Assembly (NCBI GenBank): GCA_964016885.1 | Contig: OZ024740.1 | Span: 98,084,001 to 98,148,000 of the forward strand | Direction of reading: 5' to 3' | DNA length: 64,000 nucleotides | From: Eledone cirrhosa | Lineage: Eukaryota | In this document: in pieces, positions 13,471 through 27,175 of the stretch | How the letters are laid out: every line of letters begins with the position of its first letter | Position numbering within the stretch: the stretch's first letter is position 1 | Made by a program: the position numbers and the translations under genes | The notes under the pieces: generated by a model | What the model saw: the letters and a program-made list of their open reading frames with translations, nothing else | What the model was told of the DNA's origin: nothing | Databases searched by the model: none

Positions 13471-14359
13471 AGAAAATGATTGACCTTTGTCTGTCATTGA
13501 TTGTTTTTCACTGGACTGAAGATGTTCTACAAGATTGAGTAGATGCACTTCTGATATCACTACTCTAGTCATGCCTACAAGGTCAATGTGGAAATTTTTG
13601 TCAAATATCCCTTGTACCAGCAGTAGGGAAAATATTAGCTTGTACACTTTTGGAATGCCTAAGGAAACACATTAATCTAACTTTTGTTCTAGAATGACAA
13701 TGTGGGTTCAGATGATCAAGGGAGACAATCGATACCATATTTGAAGAAGACAAAGGAAATTATGCAGAAAGAAAAAAAAGGAAAAGGGAACTCCAGAAAA
13801 ATAACACTTTGCTTAACACAGAAATATATTCATCCTTTAGCTGCTCAATGTGTAGTAAAACTTATCTTTCTAAGATTGGTTTATATTCATACAGTTGGTC
13901 CAAATTACACAAACTTCATTCTAGGAGACTCACGCGTATGCCATATTTGTAGTCAGACAAAGCTAATCCTGCCAAAGTTAGCTTTACCTTTCATCCTTAC
14001 AGAGTCGATAAAATGAAGCACTGGTAACACACTGGGGTTGATTTAATCGAGTTTCTTCTCTGTCAAAATTGCTGACCTTGTGCCTAAATCAGAAATCATA
14101 TTTGCAGTCAGACATCTAATTCCCAGACTCAGCTAAAAAGGTATTTAAATATCCACAAACCAGACAAGACAAACAATACTGTTCCACTTAAGGTGGGACA
14201 TATTTCCACTATTTGTAATATAAATTTCAAATAGGTACTGGTGGTTAAAAGCCACTTATATGCTCATGCATGGAAAAAAGCACATTTGATGAGAAGTGGT
14301 TAAGCTTCGAATGGGAGCAGACTGCCAGACACAAACACACACACACATGCGTGTGTGTG

Positions 14360-14400
<41 letters not shown>

Positions 14401-14487
14401 ATGTATATATATATATGTGTGTGTGTGTGTATGTATATATTTATACATAAGTATATGTATGTATGTATATATATGTATGTATGTATA

Positions 14488-16164
14488 TCATCATCATCAT
14501 CATCATCATCATCGTTTAACGTCCGTGTTCCATGCTTGCATGGGTTTGGATGGGAGTTTTCCCACTTGAGGCAAGAGTGGTTGTCTTGCTCGCATAGGAC
14601 TGTCTGGCGGGTTTTCTACAGTTGGATGCCCTTCCTAACACCAACCACATTTACAGTGTGGGGCTGGGAGGTTTTTACCGTGTTGCCTACACGGCCATAT
14701 TACAGCGTGGACTGTCTGGCAGGTTTACTACAGCTGGATGCCCTACCTAACACCAACCACATTTACAGTGTGGGACTGGGACGTTTTTACCGTGTTGCCT
14801 ACACAGTCACATTACAGCGTGGACTGTGTGTTTTTTTTTTTGTCGTGACACCTACACGATCTCATTTGTTTCGGCCTGGATTTTGTGGCACCAACATAAC
14901 TTTACATTGAAAGGGGCGGTGTGGATGGGGTGGTGGTGGTGGGACGGGGGTGTATTTTGTTAGAGATGCCTACTGACTGTAGTAGGTTTTACTTTGTATT
15001 TAGGTAACGCGGGTCTTCTCTATTACTGAGTACCGCCAAAGCTCTCGGTCCAGTGACATTGTCTTGGAGAGGTGTAAGTGTGTGAGGTCGGAATTTATCA
15101 GCTCATCCCAGGTTTTTCTGGGTCTGCCTATTCCGTGGCTACCGTCTATCTTTATTGCCCTGCACTTTGTTATACAGCTGTCGTCTTTCATGCGCATCAC
15201 GTGACCATACCAATGTAGCCTTCTCTCGAGTAAACAACATCTCATCCCTCTTATTTCTAATTTTTTCCTTAGTTCGTTTTTGCTTTGCCGTTCGCGTATA
15301 TTACTATTACACATCCAGCGGAGCATGCAAGCTTCATTCCTCTCTAGTCTGTGTATATCCTCTGCACACAATGCCTAGGTATCACTGCCATGCAACATTG
15401 CTGTTCGTATGCAGGCATCATACAACCTGCCTTTCACTTTTAGGGAGAACCCTTTAGCGGCTAATAGTGGTATAAGCTCTCTGAACTTTTTCCATCCAGT
15501 TCTGACTCTAGCTACTGTACTTTCGGAGCACCCTCCCCCACTGCTGATTTTGTCACCCAGGTAACGGAAGCTGTCCACTATTTCTATAGAACCCTCTGCA
15601 CAGTTGAAAGAGCTAGTATTTGTGGGCACTTGCTGCTACTTATTGCACCAGAGCACCGGCCACATGTAAAATCTGTGTTCTTAGTTAGCTTACCTGTGAT
15701 CCCACTACATCTTTTATGCACCCATACTTTGCATTTGGGACATAAAATGGAGTTTCTACCTACGCCTTTCCTACACACTGAGCATGGCCATTTCCCGGAA
15801 GGGACCAGCGCCTTATTTTCTTTCCTACAAACTAGAACTTTAGTCTTAGCCAGGTTAATTTTAAGGCCTTTTGATTCTAGGCCGTGCTTGCATGTTTGGA
15901 ATTTCTTCTCTAGCTCGGCCATTGATTCAGCTATGAGCATCAGGTCGTCTGCGTATAGGAGTTTCCATGGGCAGCCGGTCTTGAACTCCTCTGTTATAGC
16001 CTGAAGGGCAATAATGAATAGTAGGGGGCTAAGAACAGAGCCCTGATGGACACCAACTTTTACGCTAAACTCTTCACTATATTCGTTGTTAATTCTAACC
16101 TTGCTCACTGTTTCTTTATACATGGCTTGTATAGCTCTCACAAGCCATTCGTCAACACCTAGTT
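14488..16164 (-). mobile_element. 5'-truncated RTE LINE copy, frameshifted, same family as 7993..11403
   Basis: ORF pieces 15584..16141, 15375..15629 and 15000..15371 match the 991-aa protein; (CAT)n tail at 14488; internal duplication in the 3' UTR. Confidence 0.95.
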
Positions 16165-16182
16165 ATCTACATATATATATGT

Positions 16183-16529
16183 AGGCACATGGCTTAGTGG
16201 TTAGAGCATTGGCCTTGCAATCGAAAGGTTGTGAGTTCAATTCTCAGACCAGGTGATGTGTTGTTTCCTTGAGCAAGACACTTTATTTCACATTGCTCCA
16301 GTTTACTCAGCTGTAAAAATGAGATGATAGGGACTGGGATCCATATCATTCCACTGCAAAGTGGTCGTGGAGGTGCCACGGAAAAAAAGCACCCAGCACT
16401 CACTGTAAATGAGGTTGATGTTAGGAAGGGCATCCAGCTGTAGAAATCAAGCCAGAATCAGTTCCCGTCCCACCCTTGCAAGCAGGGAAAAGTGGACGTA
16501 AAATGAAATGATGATGAAATGATGATGAT
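16183..16529 (+). mobile_element. SINE family 2 with RTE-derived 3' tail
   Basis: A box tggcttagtgg, B box gagttcaattc, CORE-like domain; then gttaggaagggcatccagctgtagaaa...ggacgtaaaatg(atg)n shared with RTE 3' UTRs. Confidence 0.8.
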
Positions 16530-18725
16530 GTATATATATATATATGTATATGTATATGTATGTATATATATATATATATATCATCATCATTTTACAACCA
16601 CTTTTCCCTGCTTGCAAGGGCTGGTGTGTGTGAGTGTGTGCATATATATATGCACACACACACAGAGATATTTTTATGAAGAATATGTATGAGAAAGAGA
16701 GATTAGACCAGATGTTGGTGGGAGGTGAAAGACAGACAAAACATGTACACTGCAGCTCTCCACTACTTTACCTCCTCCTGTTTCTGTCATTATTTATCAC
16801 ATCACTATTTTCATTTAAGTTTGAATGTCTGAGAAATGACTTTACTTTATTTTCTATGTTACTTCCACTTTTCTAGACTGCAACATTTCATGGACTTAGC
16901 CGTCAATCATTATTAATAACAGCAGAATCTCCTCCCACTTCTGTATATTATGATTAATACTTGTGTTGATGGTGATGATGATGGGGGGAGGGACTGGCAG
17001 TGATTATGGGAGAGCTTGATGATGTTAATTTTGCTGTAGTTATGCTTAATATTAACGTTATTTCCTTGAATGTGGTTTATGATATTCCACCTTCTGTACT
17101 CTTTTTACCTCTATAGGTATGCCCTTTCATAAAATGACTACCTGCATTATATTCTCTCTAACGTATCTATGCAATCTGGGAGGAATTTGGTTGTTATTTC
17201 TATCAGATTGAGTGATCGTGTGATGGATCCTCTAGTGGTTTTGGCGGTGAGTATTCAATAGACATGTGTATCCTTAACATATTTATTAATCCAAATCAGT
17301 GTGACACAATATGTAATGAGGCTGGATCTTTGAATTACAGGTACAATCCCCCTGATAGGTTTCCACACTGCTTCCATTCTACCAAGTTTCACTCACAAGG
17401 TTTTGGATAACCTCAGGCTATGTTAAAAACACTTGCCCAATAGGCTACACAGTCAGGCTTAAATCTCATGATTGTGAGATAAACGTTTTAACCACTTATC
17501 CATGCTTGCGTCCACAACTATATCTCAATCTCCTCATTGGTTCATTACTGGTTATACTCATAGATATCATCTACTAATACGAAAATATTACACTTTTATT
17601 CTGTGTACATTGATAAAGCAACTGAAATTCATCATTATCTTCACCATTAACCTTTAACGTCCATGTTTCCATGCTAGCATGTTTTAGACAAATTGTCCCA
17701 TTGTGAGAGAATCAGATAAGATAACTATGTCTTGCTCGTACAAAATTGCTTCTGGCTTGGTTTCAATGGCTAGATCTCCTTCCTGATGCTAACCCCATTT
17801 ACAGTCTGGACTGGGAATTTTTTTTCATGATACCAACATGAGCCCTTTATGATGCAGAATGAGCGACTTTTGTTGTGACACCAAGATGACCACTTTGCAG
17901 TGTGGACTGGAAACTAGGGTGAGGGAGGTGCATGTATGGTGGGGATTGGAGAGGAAGGTCTAGGGTGGGGCACTTAGTTGCTGAATTGTGAAGGGTTAGG
18001 ACTTGAGAGGAGGGAAATGTGCACTTTGAAAAGCTGGCCTTCTGCATAACAACTGAGATCTCAATTCTGTATCAATATAATACAATTTGACAGTTATTGT
18101 TTTGTCCATTGCTACCAATTTTATGTTAATCATTATTCAAGTGGAGATAGGCTGTGCAGGCACATGAGAATTTTCTTTTCTCAGTATTGAACATTGACTA
18201 TAATGTGCAACTTCTGAGGCAATAACAGCAACGGAGCAATAATTTCATCATGAAGCTGTCCTCACAGTTGGTACATTAGCTGAGCTATTATACCTATAGT
18301 TTGGTGTTGTTAAATAATAGGAAGATGGATGATAATGCTGATAGCTTGTTACATAAAGTTCTTAGAATAGCAAATGGGTGTAGATCAATCCAGGTAGTAT
18401 ACCTTAGAGCTAGCTCAACCCTACCCACTAGGATCTTTAAGGTGTTTTTTGTATTCATGCCACAACTTATCTCCCTTGCTCAACATACTGTGTGTCCTGC
18501 TTAAACAGTTTATTCCATTTCTACATGTCAATTGCAGTATATGTCTACAGCATTATATTGGCTTTTTGCTGTAACATATTTTATACAGCAAGATTGGTCA
18601 GATATATGCAAACCCTATTTTAAATATTAACTAACTAATCAATTAATTAATTGTAATCACAACACAAATTTAGATTGTGGTTCTGCTTTCAGATATCTAT
18701 TACTCTTCAATGCTATTCAAATAAT

Positions 18726-19130
18726 TGTTTCTACTTTTGGCACAAGGCCAGCAATTATCCCAGTGTATTACTGGTATTTTATTTTTTCGACTTCGACCCC
18801 GTAAGGATGAAAGGCAAAGTTAACCTCGGCGGGATTTGAACTCAGACCATAAAGGGCCGTAACACTTTGCTGCAAAGCATGGCGTTTGACTCTCTACCGA
18901 TACTGCCAATCCACCACCCTTGCTATTCAATGCTATTCAAATAATTGTTTCTACTTTTTGGCACAAGGCCAGCAATTACCCAGTGCATTACTGGTACTTT
19001 ATTTTATCGACCCCGTAAGGATGAAAGGCAAAGTCAACCTCAGCGGGATTTGAACTCAGATCGTTAAGGGACGTAACTATGCTGGAAAGCATGGCATCCG
19101 ACCCTCTACCGATACTGCCAATTCACCGCC
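18726..19130 (-). mobile_element. Two tandem SINE family 1 copies
   Basis: Copies at about 18726..18920 and 18946..19130, separated and flanked by tgctattcaaataat. Confidence 0.85.
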
Positions 19131-20691
19131 TATTCACTGCTATTCAAATAATGATTTCCAATATAGGTTCATATTGAGTGAGCAGGAGATAATCAATTAT
19201 ATCCACTGCAGGATTTGGCTGGTACTTATTTTATGTACCTCACAATTATAAAAATGTAAACTTAACCATAGAAGGATTTGAACTAAAAATGTAATGAAGT
19301 ATAACAAAATGCTGTAAATCTACTAGGTTTTCTATGTCAAAATTGTATACAACTATATTAAATTATATATTGATAATCTAATAAGGCAGCTGTTCATGTT
19401 TGTTCAGCCTGATAGAAATTGTATAAAAATCTCTGTCAAATCTCACCCATCTATCTTAACATAGGAAGGATGCATTAAATATTATAGTTTCTGATATATT
19501 AGTCTGATCTGGAGCTAAACAACAATAATTATATGAAGAAATATGAGTCATCTGAAATTAAGGAAAGTTCAAATTAAGTTAAATTATCCTGTAACAAAGA
19601 GGGTGTAAAAATGATAATGATGATAAAATGTTCCTCTTTTGAGATGACTGGTCATTAACAACAAAAATTGTTATATATAGTTACAATTTTGATTGGGTAA
19701 AAATATTGGGGCAGCCATCTTAAATATTTCAGCCTGCACTTGACCAGTCATATATTAATATGGTTATCGAGTTCAACATATTCATACATTCTGTCTGAGA
19801 ATAATTCACAACTATTTTCCAACTTAGATAAACAGATACAAATAGTATATTTTGTTACAATTTACAACTGAAATAACTTGCCTTTCTTGAGGTTAGACTA
19901 AATAATTATAACCTCAAGAGACAAGAGCAATTATAGATATCTTCAAATATATCAAACATTTTCACAGAGTTTATCTGAAATCTGTTTAAGAGAAATCTAT
20001 TTTGTTGTGAATAATTTTGTCTGGAATTATCAAAGAAATTGAAGTGTATTAAGTGCGGTATTGTTGTAGACAAGAAACAGAGTTACAAGATATAGACTCA
20101 GATTTATATACAGAGTGCTTGATATATAAGGAAGTATTTAATCATTATAGATTTGCAAACCTAACAAACCTAAAGTATATGTAACTTATAAATATATCAA
20201 AATTATTATGATCCCTCAGATGGCAGCTAATGAGTAAAGTTTTGGTGGTTTTGTCTGATTTGCTTCATTTCATTGCTTCTAATGATCTGCTGCACGGTCT
20301 TTTTTCCAAAATTATAACACATATGCACACAAACACACACACAGATACACATAGATATGAACAGTAAAAGAATTGACATAGATAAAAAAAGGAATTCCAA
20401 ATAAATGTATATGTTTTGATATTATTCTTGTAAGAATCTCATATCCTATCTCCGAAGAAGTAAATATTTATACCTTCCTTTGATTGCATGAATTTAATCC
20501 TGTGGTGTAAACCTTTAACTAACAATGTTTACCATATATATATATATATGTACAGTACAGTAAATATTAGCAAAGTCCATATGAAGTTATGCATGAATTT
20601 ATTTATCTATTATACATATTTCTCAGCGTCAATGATTAGGTGATGCGATCACATCACAATTGGCTCGGAATGCCAGTCAACTAGATGTGCA

Positions 20692-20749
20692 TATGAGGGT
20701 TGATGAAAAGTTCATAGTCAGTCTATCAACTTTTTAGCAAAACCTCTTA
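20692..20749. mobile_element. TIR-only mariner derivative
   Basis: tatgagggttgatgaaaagttcatag-tcagt-ctatcaactttttagcaaaacctctta; arms resemble the TIR at 41180. Confidence 0.55.
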
Positions 20750-23700
20750 TGCAAACACAAACACACACACACATTAGATATTGACTATATTATTTGGCAG
20801 AAGAAGCATGAGAACAACCAGAGAAAATACATAGCTAAGGCCAAATATTTTTGTTCATGAACCCCTTTGTTAAACCTGCTGTCATTATTTCTGATGTAAA
20901 AAACACTGAAGATAAGAAAACCCACCATTTTATTGCTTAAATACTTGATCACCCTTCCTTTCTAATTAAATTATCACTTAACTTATTATTAGAAATAGTT
21001 AATTAATTAATGAGTTAATTAATTATGCATAATAAATCTTATTTAGTGTTACACTAAAACAATTTTAGAGTTAAGCAACCATAAAGTGCATGTAGGACTG
21101 GCAATAATCTATTGTTAGTCTGACCTAGCTGAATGTTTACAGATGTTTCACACCAGGTTTCAGGTTTGCAGATATCTTTCTATTTCTAGACATATAAGAA
21201 TGGAAAGCGTTTATGCATACTTTCTCCCTCTAACTATATCATTAATATATATATATATATTAGATTGGATGATGATGATGATGATCAACATCATCATTAT
21301 CATCATCAACATCATTATGGCAATAACTATAATCCCCTATTTCCACAATCATCACCATCAACATCATTTTACATACATTTTCAATGATAGTATTGGTTTG
21401 ATGGGTTGTCACAGTCTGATTTAGTTACTGCTCTCCTAGACATGTCCAAATGTCATGTCTCATTTTTACATTCCATGTTTAGCACAGTATTTTATGGTTG
21501 TATGCCTTTTATAAGACTAATCACTTTACAGAATGTGCTAGATGGAGTTTTTTTTGCATCAATATACTCGAGCGATTGTCTTCTTTACAAGACTGAATAT
21601 CTCAGTTATATGCTGTCTCCATTTGTTTATCAATTACTTTACAGAGTGTACTGGATGTATTCTATTATAGTATAAATATTAAAGAGGTTATTTACTCCTA
21701 AGCAAGACTAGAGGTGCCTCTCAACCTTATATTGTCTCTATTTGCTCATCAGCCTCTTTACAAAGTGGTTGTTGAATAAACAGATAGGTGTGTATATGAG
21801 ATGTTATAGGTGTGCATCTGCTTGAAAGAGAGCAATTGTAGCTGAACATATTTTTAAACTCGTGTAATTTTTTTCTTTTCTCAAACAAAAGACCAGCCAA
21901 GCAGCATCAAATTCACCTTCTCCCCAATACATAGAAACATACTTTATAGAAGTAGTTATGCAATTATTTATTTGAAGGATAGATAACATAGTAACCTTTA
22001 CAGGCTATTAGTTGCAGGTAGTTGGTGTTTATTTTAACCTTCTGAAGAATGGTATCTTTAAGAAAAAAGTCTCTACATGGTCATTGTCTTGCTAGAAATA
22101 GCATCTAAATATCTTTCAAAATGGAAGGACATAGTATACAGTATAGTCTAAGATAGACTGACTGAAAAATATGATGTGATTGTATCTGTAGGAAGGAAGT
22201 CACTACTTGGTCACTTGACAGGCTAGAAATAGCAACCAAATCTCCTTCAAATCTCATCTTACAATTTTTCAAATGGAAGCACTTAATTGATAATGAACTT
22301 CAGGATACACTGTGACTGGAAAGATAACACAGAAAGGTCATAGTGGGAATAACTTTAATCAACATGCTCCTTAGTTGAGATTGTAATGGGGCTGAATAAC
22401 AATAATATATTGGGAGAAAGATTCTATAAATTTCTAGGAAAGGATGATTGAGTAAATGACTTAATCTTGTTATTATCATATATTTAATGAAATACACAGC
22501 CTATGATTTTCAAACGATATTGAAAATAATCACAATTCAGAGGAATTTAATAAAAGAATTAAATTTTTCAGATTAGCAGAAGTGGTAAAGTGTCAGACAA
22601 AATTCTTTGTGGCATTTAATTATGCCCCTTTATGTTCTGAGTTCAAATCTCCCTAAGGTCAATTTTGGGGTTGATAAAGTACAGTATTAGTCAAGTGCTG
22701 CGGTGGGTGCCTACGTATTTGATTTACTACTCTCCAATAAAATTGCTGGCCTTGTGCCTAAATCAGAAATTATTATTAAGCTTGTATCTGGAGTAGAATT
22801 TAACAAAGGTTCTTATTCAAAATCATGATTGATGATACCTTGATAAATATAAACATTTTAAAATATACAGTTTTATATCATAGAACCAGGGGTGATTTCA
22901 TGGGATTTGATATCAAAAGAGTTAAAGAGAAGTTAAGTGATTGAAACGTTATCTATCTAACTGTTATTGTTGTTGTTGTGGTTCTCACCTTTGTAGGTTT
23001 AGCTTATGACTCTGCCAATTTGTCACTTTCAAATGCACTCTACTATCGTAAATAATGTAGTACTATGTGTTCTTAGAAGCATGAGATGGTCACTGCTGGA
23101 AAGCCTTCAAATCCAATGGGAACCATACCACTCTCCTTGAAATATCCACAGAAGTAATCAAACTTTGCTGTATAAGTTATATTGAGTACAACATATTACT
23201 TTTAGTATTCGATTGCAGTTATTTGAAATCTAAGCATCTTGGCTATGGAAATAGAGAAATATGAATTTATCAGTAAACAAGTCACTAACCCTTAGGCAAG
23301 TTCTTTGGTGTCTATTGAATAATCAATATAGAGTTCTCAAGAAAAGTATTTACTTCTCAAAAATTACTTTGTACATTCTGAACAAAATTCAAACTTCAGA
23401 TTCTATACTCAACAAAGTGGCGTGTTGGAAGAAAATGTCTTGTGGTACTTACTCTACCTCCGTGTTCTGAGTTCAAATTTTGTCATGTTCAACTTCACTT
23501 TTCATTCATTTAGGGTAAAATCATGAAGTACCATTCCAGAATAGTGGATTGGAGGAATTGTTTGAGTATTGGAGTCGATGGATTTTGTTTCCAAATTTTA
23601 CCATTCCAATATCTAGTTTGCCTTAATATGTCACCTAATTTATCACTGCCAATTGTTCCTTTAGCTCTCATTGAGATTTTCTCTGTTGCATTGGAAGAAT

Positions 23701-24474
23701 AAAAGGAATTAGACTCTGGCAATCTCTTCTGACTAAAATATAAAAAATAAAATGATGGAAATATAAAACTTTGTATTTTTAAAATCTGTATTTTCTCTTT
23801 TTCTTTTACTGGTTTCAGCCATTCTACTGTGGCCATGTTGGTGCACCCCCATCAAATGTTTTATTCAATTGCATTAACCTTAGTGGTACGTATTCATCAT
23901 TTTAATAAGTTGCAAAATATTAAGTGAACACTGGTGTAAAGTGGCATAACTCAGTTGAACATAATTACTGCAAGGTATGCCTACTTGACTATACCTTTTT
24001 CAGCCCATGCTGACATAAGCATGTATACTTAATTGTATGCATATTTGCTTGTATTTGTTATAGGTGTATATATTATATTATATACTGGTACATGTTTATA
24101 TGGTTATGCATATATGTGTATTTTGCGTTTGTGTGTGTATGCGGCTTTGCACGTATGTAGGGTGTGTATATGTGTAATTTGTGTTTTGGTTGATGTACGT
24201 TTAGTGAACGTATGTGTATTTACCTGTAGGTATGTGTGTGCGCGCGTTATATACGTATTTATGTGTGTATGTTTATATACGTTTATATATATATATTTTT
24301 TTTCTTATATATTTTTTTTAGGTGTATACGTTCGTATGTGTGCGGGTACAGGTGGTGCGCGGGTTTTTGTGTACGTGCTTGTATATATGCATACCCATGG
24401 TGGGTGATTTCGTGTATGCATGTGTATATACATATATAGATGCGTGCATGTATTTAATTATTGTTGATTTCAAT

Positions 24475-25000
24475 CATCATCATCATCATTTTACGTCCGC
24501 TTTTCCCTGTTTGCAAGGGTGGGACGGGTCTTATTCAGCACAGCATCTCTCCACTTGTCACGGTCCTTCATCATCTCCACCGTGAGCTTCAGCGATCTGA
24601 GGTCTGTTCTCACCAACTCTTCCCATGTTTTACGTGGTCTACCTCTACCACGTCTTCCTTCAACTGGCATTTCCTTTCACTTCTTCACCCATCGGTCATC
24701 CTCCATGCGCATCACATGTCCATACCATCGCAGTCTCCTCTCTCGCACACTACATCCTATCCCTCTCAACACATCCATACTGGGTCGTTCACACACATTG
24801 ACATTGCACATCCAATGGAGCATGCTTGCCTCTTTTCTCTCCAGCCGTCACATATCCTCTGCAGTTGCTGCCCAAGTCTCACTACCATGCAGCATCGCGC
24901 TGCTCACACAGGCATCATATAACCGGCCTTTCGTATACAGGGAGAAACCCTTCTTCGTCAGCAGAGGAAGCAGCTCCCTAAACTTCTTCCAACCCATCTA
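24475..25000 (-). mobile_element. 5'-truncated RTE LINE (different subfamily) with 13-bp TSD
   Basis: Minus strand encodes [40 protein letters not shown]; TSD tgttgatttcaat at 24462..24474 and 25001..25013. Confidence 0.9.
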
Positions 25001-25292
25001 TGTTGATTTCAATAACCTCTGTAATTTATTTACATTATTCTTAACTCTGAAGCCAAGAATCATTCGGTTTCCTAAACAGAATTTTAGTCTACGACTTCAT
25101 TTATATCATTAACGTGGTTTTGTTTTTGCGTGTAATTGTTCTCAACGGTCCACATAATGACGTATTATCTTTGCTTTCTTTCCGTTCATTGCCAGGGAAC
25201 GTCTCCACGAACCAAAGTATCATTTTCCTGTTTTCCTTCAGTTGCATCGTTTTTCGAAATATTTACTTCTTCGTTCACAGATTGATCTTTTT

Positions 25293-25343
25293 AGTGTCAG
25301 AAGATCCCGTTAAGAGTGAAAGCAGCGATTCTTTGCTTAAACT
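25293..25343 (+). ncRNA. Hammerhead-like motif, CAGAAGA core variant (family C)
   Basis: agtgt-CAGAAGA-tcccgttaagagt-GAAA-gca..tgc-TT-aaact. Confidence 0.5.
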
Positions 25344-25607
25344 TTAATCTGTTATTTTAATAAATATTTGCTCTAGGATTCTTAAATATTTTATATATAT
25401 TTATCCTTATCGAGCCCTCTTTGGATTTTAGTCTTCAAATTTATTATTATTACTATATATATATATTGAGTATATTTTGGTTGTTTACCGACACCACGAT
25501 ATGCAGATTGGAGCACTCGACGGAGTGTGCAGGTTTGTTTGGTTACTCCGGAGTAATGTAAAATAAAATAAATAAGTCAAATATTTAAAATTTGGCTTCG
25601 TTTATTA

Positions 25608-25660
25608 CTGCTATATATATTTCGGTGACAGCCATCTTTGGCTGTGACCTCTTCAGGCAG
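25608..25660 (-). ncRNA. Type I hammerhead ribozyme (family B)
   Basis: Minus strand: CTGC-CTGAAGA-ggtcacagcc-aaagat-ggctgtcacc-GAAA-tatata-TA-GCAG, followed by AATAAA. Confidence 0.82.
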
Positions 25661-26712
25661 TCCGAATTAGTGTGGTAGAGACGGGTACACATGTTGTTGA
25701 GGTATTTAACTTCGTCAATACTCTGATATGCCCAGTTCCTGGTTGGGTTGTTATTTCTCTGAGGAACTGGAATCATATGAATTCAAACAAACGTATTTCA
25801 GCGTCAAGGGACATCCTCTCCTCCCATTGGTCAGTTGTGAGAACATTCCTCAGGCAAAAGTCTATAGAAATTCTTCGTGAGGTGAGGTAATCTGTAGTGG
25901 TTGTTTTTGTTATTGTTATGTATATCTGACCTCTTCCCTTATGTTGGTAGTGGTGTTGGTGTTGGTGTCAGCTTAAGTCCGGCTGCTGCTAATTTTAGAA
26001 GGACCTGTGTGTGTGTTTGGCATCTATCCTGCCACCATTTCTCGTGGTGGCGGTGAGGGGGGGGGGCAAGAATATTGAGAAATAAGATGCAGTAAAATGG
26101 GGAAATGCAAGGCAATAAAATGAAATAAAAAATTAAAAAATGAAGAGAACAATAAAATGAAATGCAAAGGTAAAAGACTAAAAAATCAGAATAAAATAAA
26201 GAAATAAAAAAGTAAAATAGAGGAAAATAAGATAAAATAAAATAAGATAATCAAACAAATAAACAAAAAAAATGATAAAATGGTAGAAGGAATAAGATAA
26301 TGAAAGAATAAAATAAGATAATCAAATAAAATGTGTGTGTGTTATAACCAATCTCAAAGTTAGAAAGATTTGGAAGATGTTGACCGAATTAGAAAGGCTG
26401 TGTCAGATTCAATCTTTAGACTATCATGGTGTGGTGCGTTTTAAGAGCAAATGAGACAAGGGTGGAGTGTAATACCCCATAACCCGGGTGTTGAAATCCG
26501 GAAATTCAGAGGACTACAGTTCCCATTTTGGCATGGAGCTCCCATGCGTGTATGTCAACTCACATCGTTCCAAGCACACACGCAGAGGCACAGGCCCAGG
26601 TGCATCCCCTAACCACCCAGCCACATACACGCACACACACACACCCACACACACATACCCATACACACACACACATATTATAATCCCATACACCCACACC
26701 CGCATACACACA

Positions 26713-26750
<38 letters not shown>

Positions 26751-26893
26751 CCCACGCACACCCACCCACCCGCACACACACATGTAGGTATCTGTGCATG
26801 TACAATCTTAAATAACAGTATCTATGTATGGACATATGCATAAGTATGTGTTGTCACAGAGGTCGATCGAGGCAGTGGTATGGTGGGGCTGAT

Positions 26894-27175
26894 GTCCTTA
26901 AAGCTAGAGGGAAGTTCCCATCCCAATGTTTTGTTATTATCCATATAGCCTGAGGAAGGTCCCTGCCCTGAGGTGTCTGCACGTCCCGGATGAGTCCCTA
27001 TAGCTTGAGGGGAGTTCCCAACCTATGGTGTTGTTGCTGTCCATATAGCTTGAGGGAGGTCCCGGCCCTGAGGTGTCTACATGTTCTGGAGAGGTCCCTA
27101 TAGCTTGAGGGGAGTTCACATCCCAGTGTGTTGTTACTGTCCATATACCCTGAGGTGTCTACATGTCCCGAAGAT
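26894..27175. repeat. About 100-bp tandem repeat (about 3 copies) at the end of the PLE ORF
   Basis: gtccctatagcttgaggggagttc-like motif recurs at about 26894, 26994 and 27094. Confidence 0.8.

Larger units (their letters stand above)
24020..25455 (+). mobile_element. Penelope-like family C 3' region (pseudo-LTR), interrupted by an RTE fragment
   Basis: Homologous to 38225..39320(-) and 39600..40160(+); contains a CAGAAGA hammerhead; ends at (TA)n. Confidence 0.7.

Noticed and set aside
26894-27175. Regularly spaced repeats as a CRISPR-like array
   Set aside because: The whole unit is repeated, there are no unique spacers, and the context is a eukaryotic retroelement.
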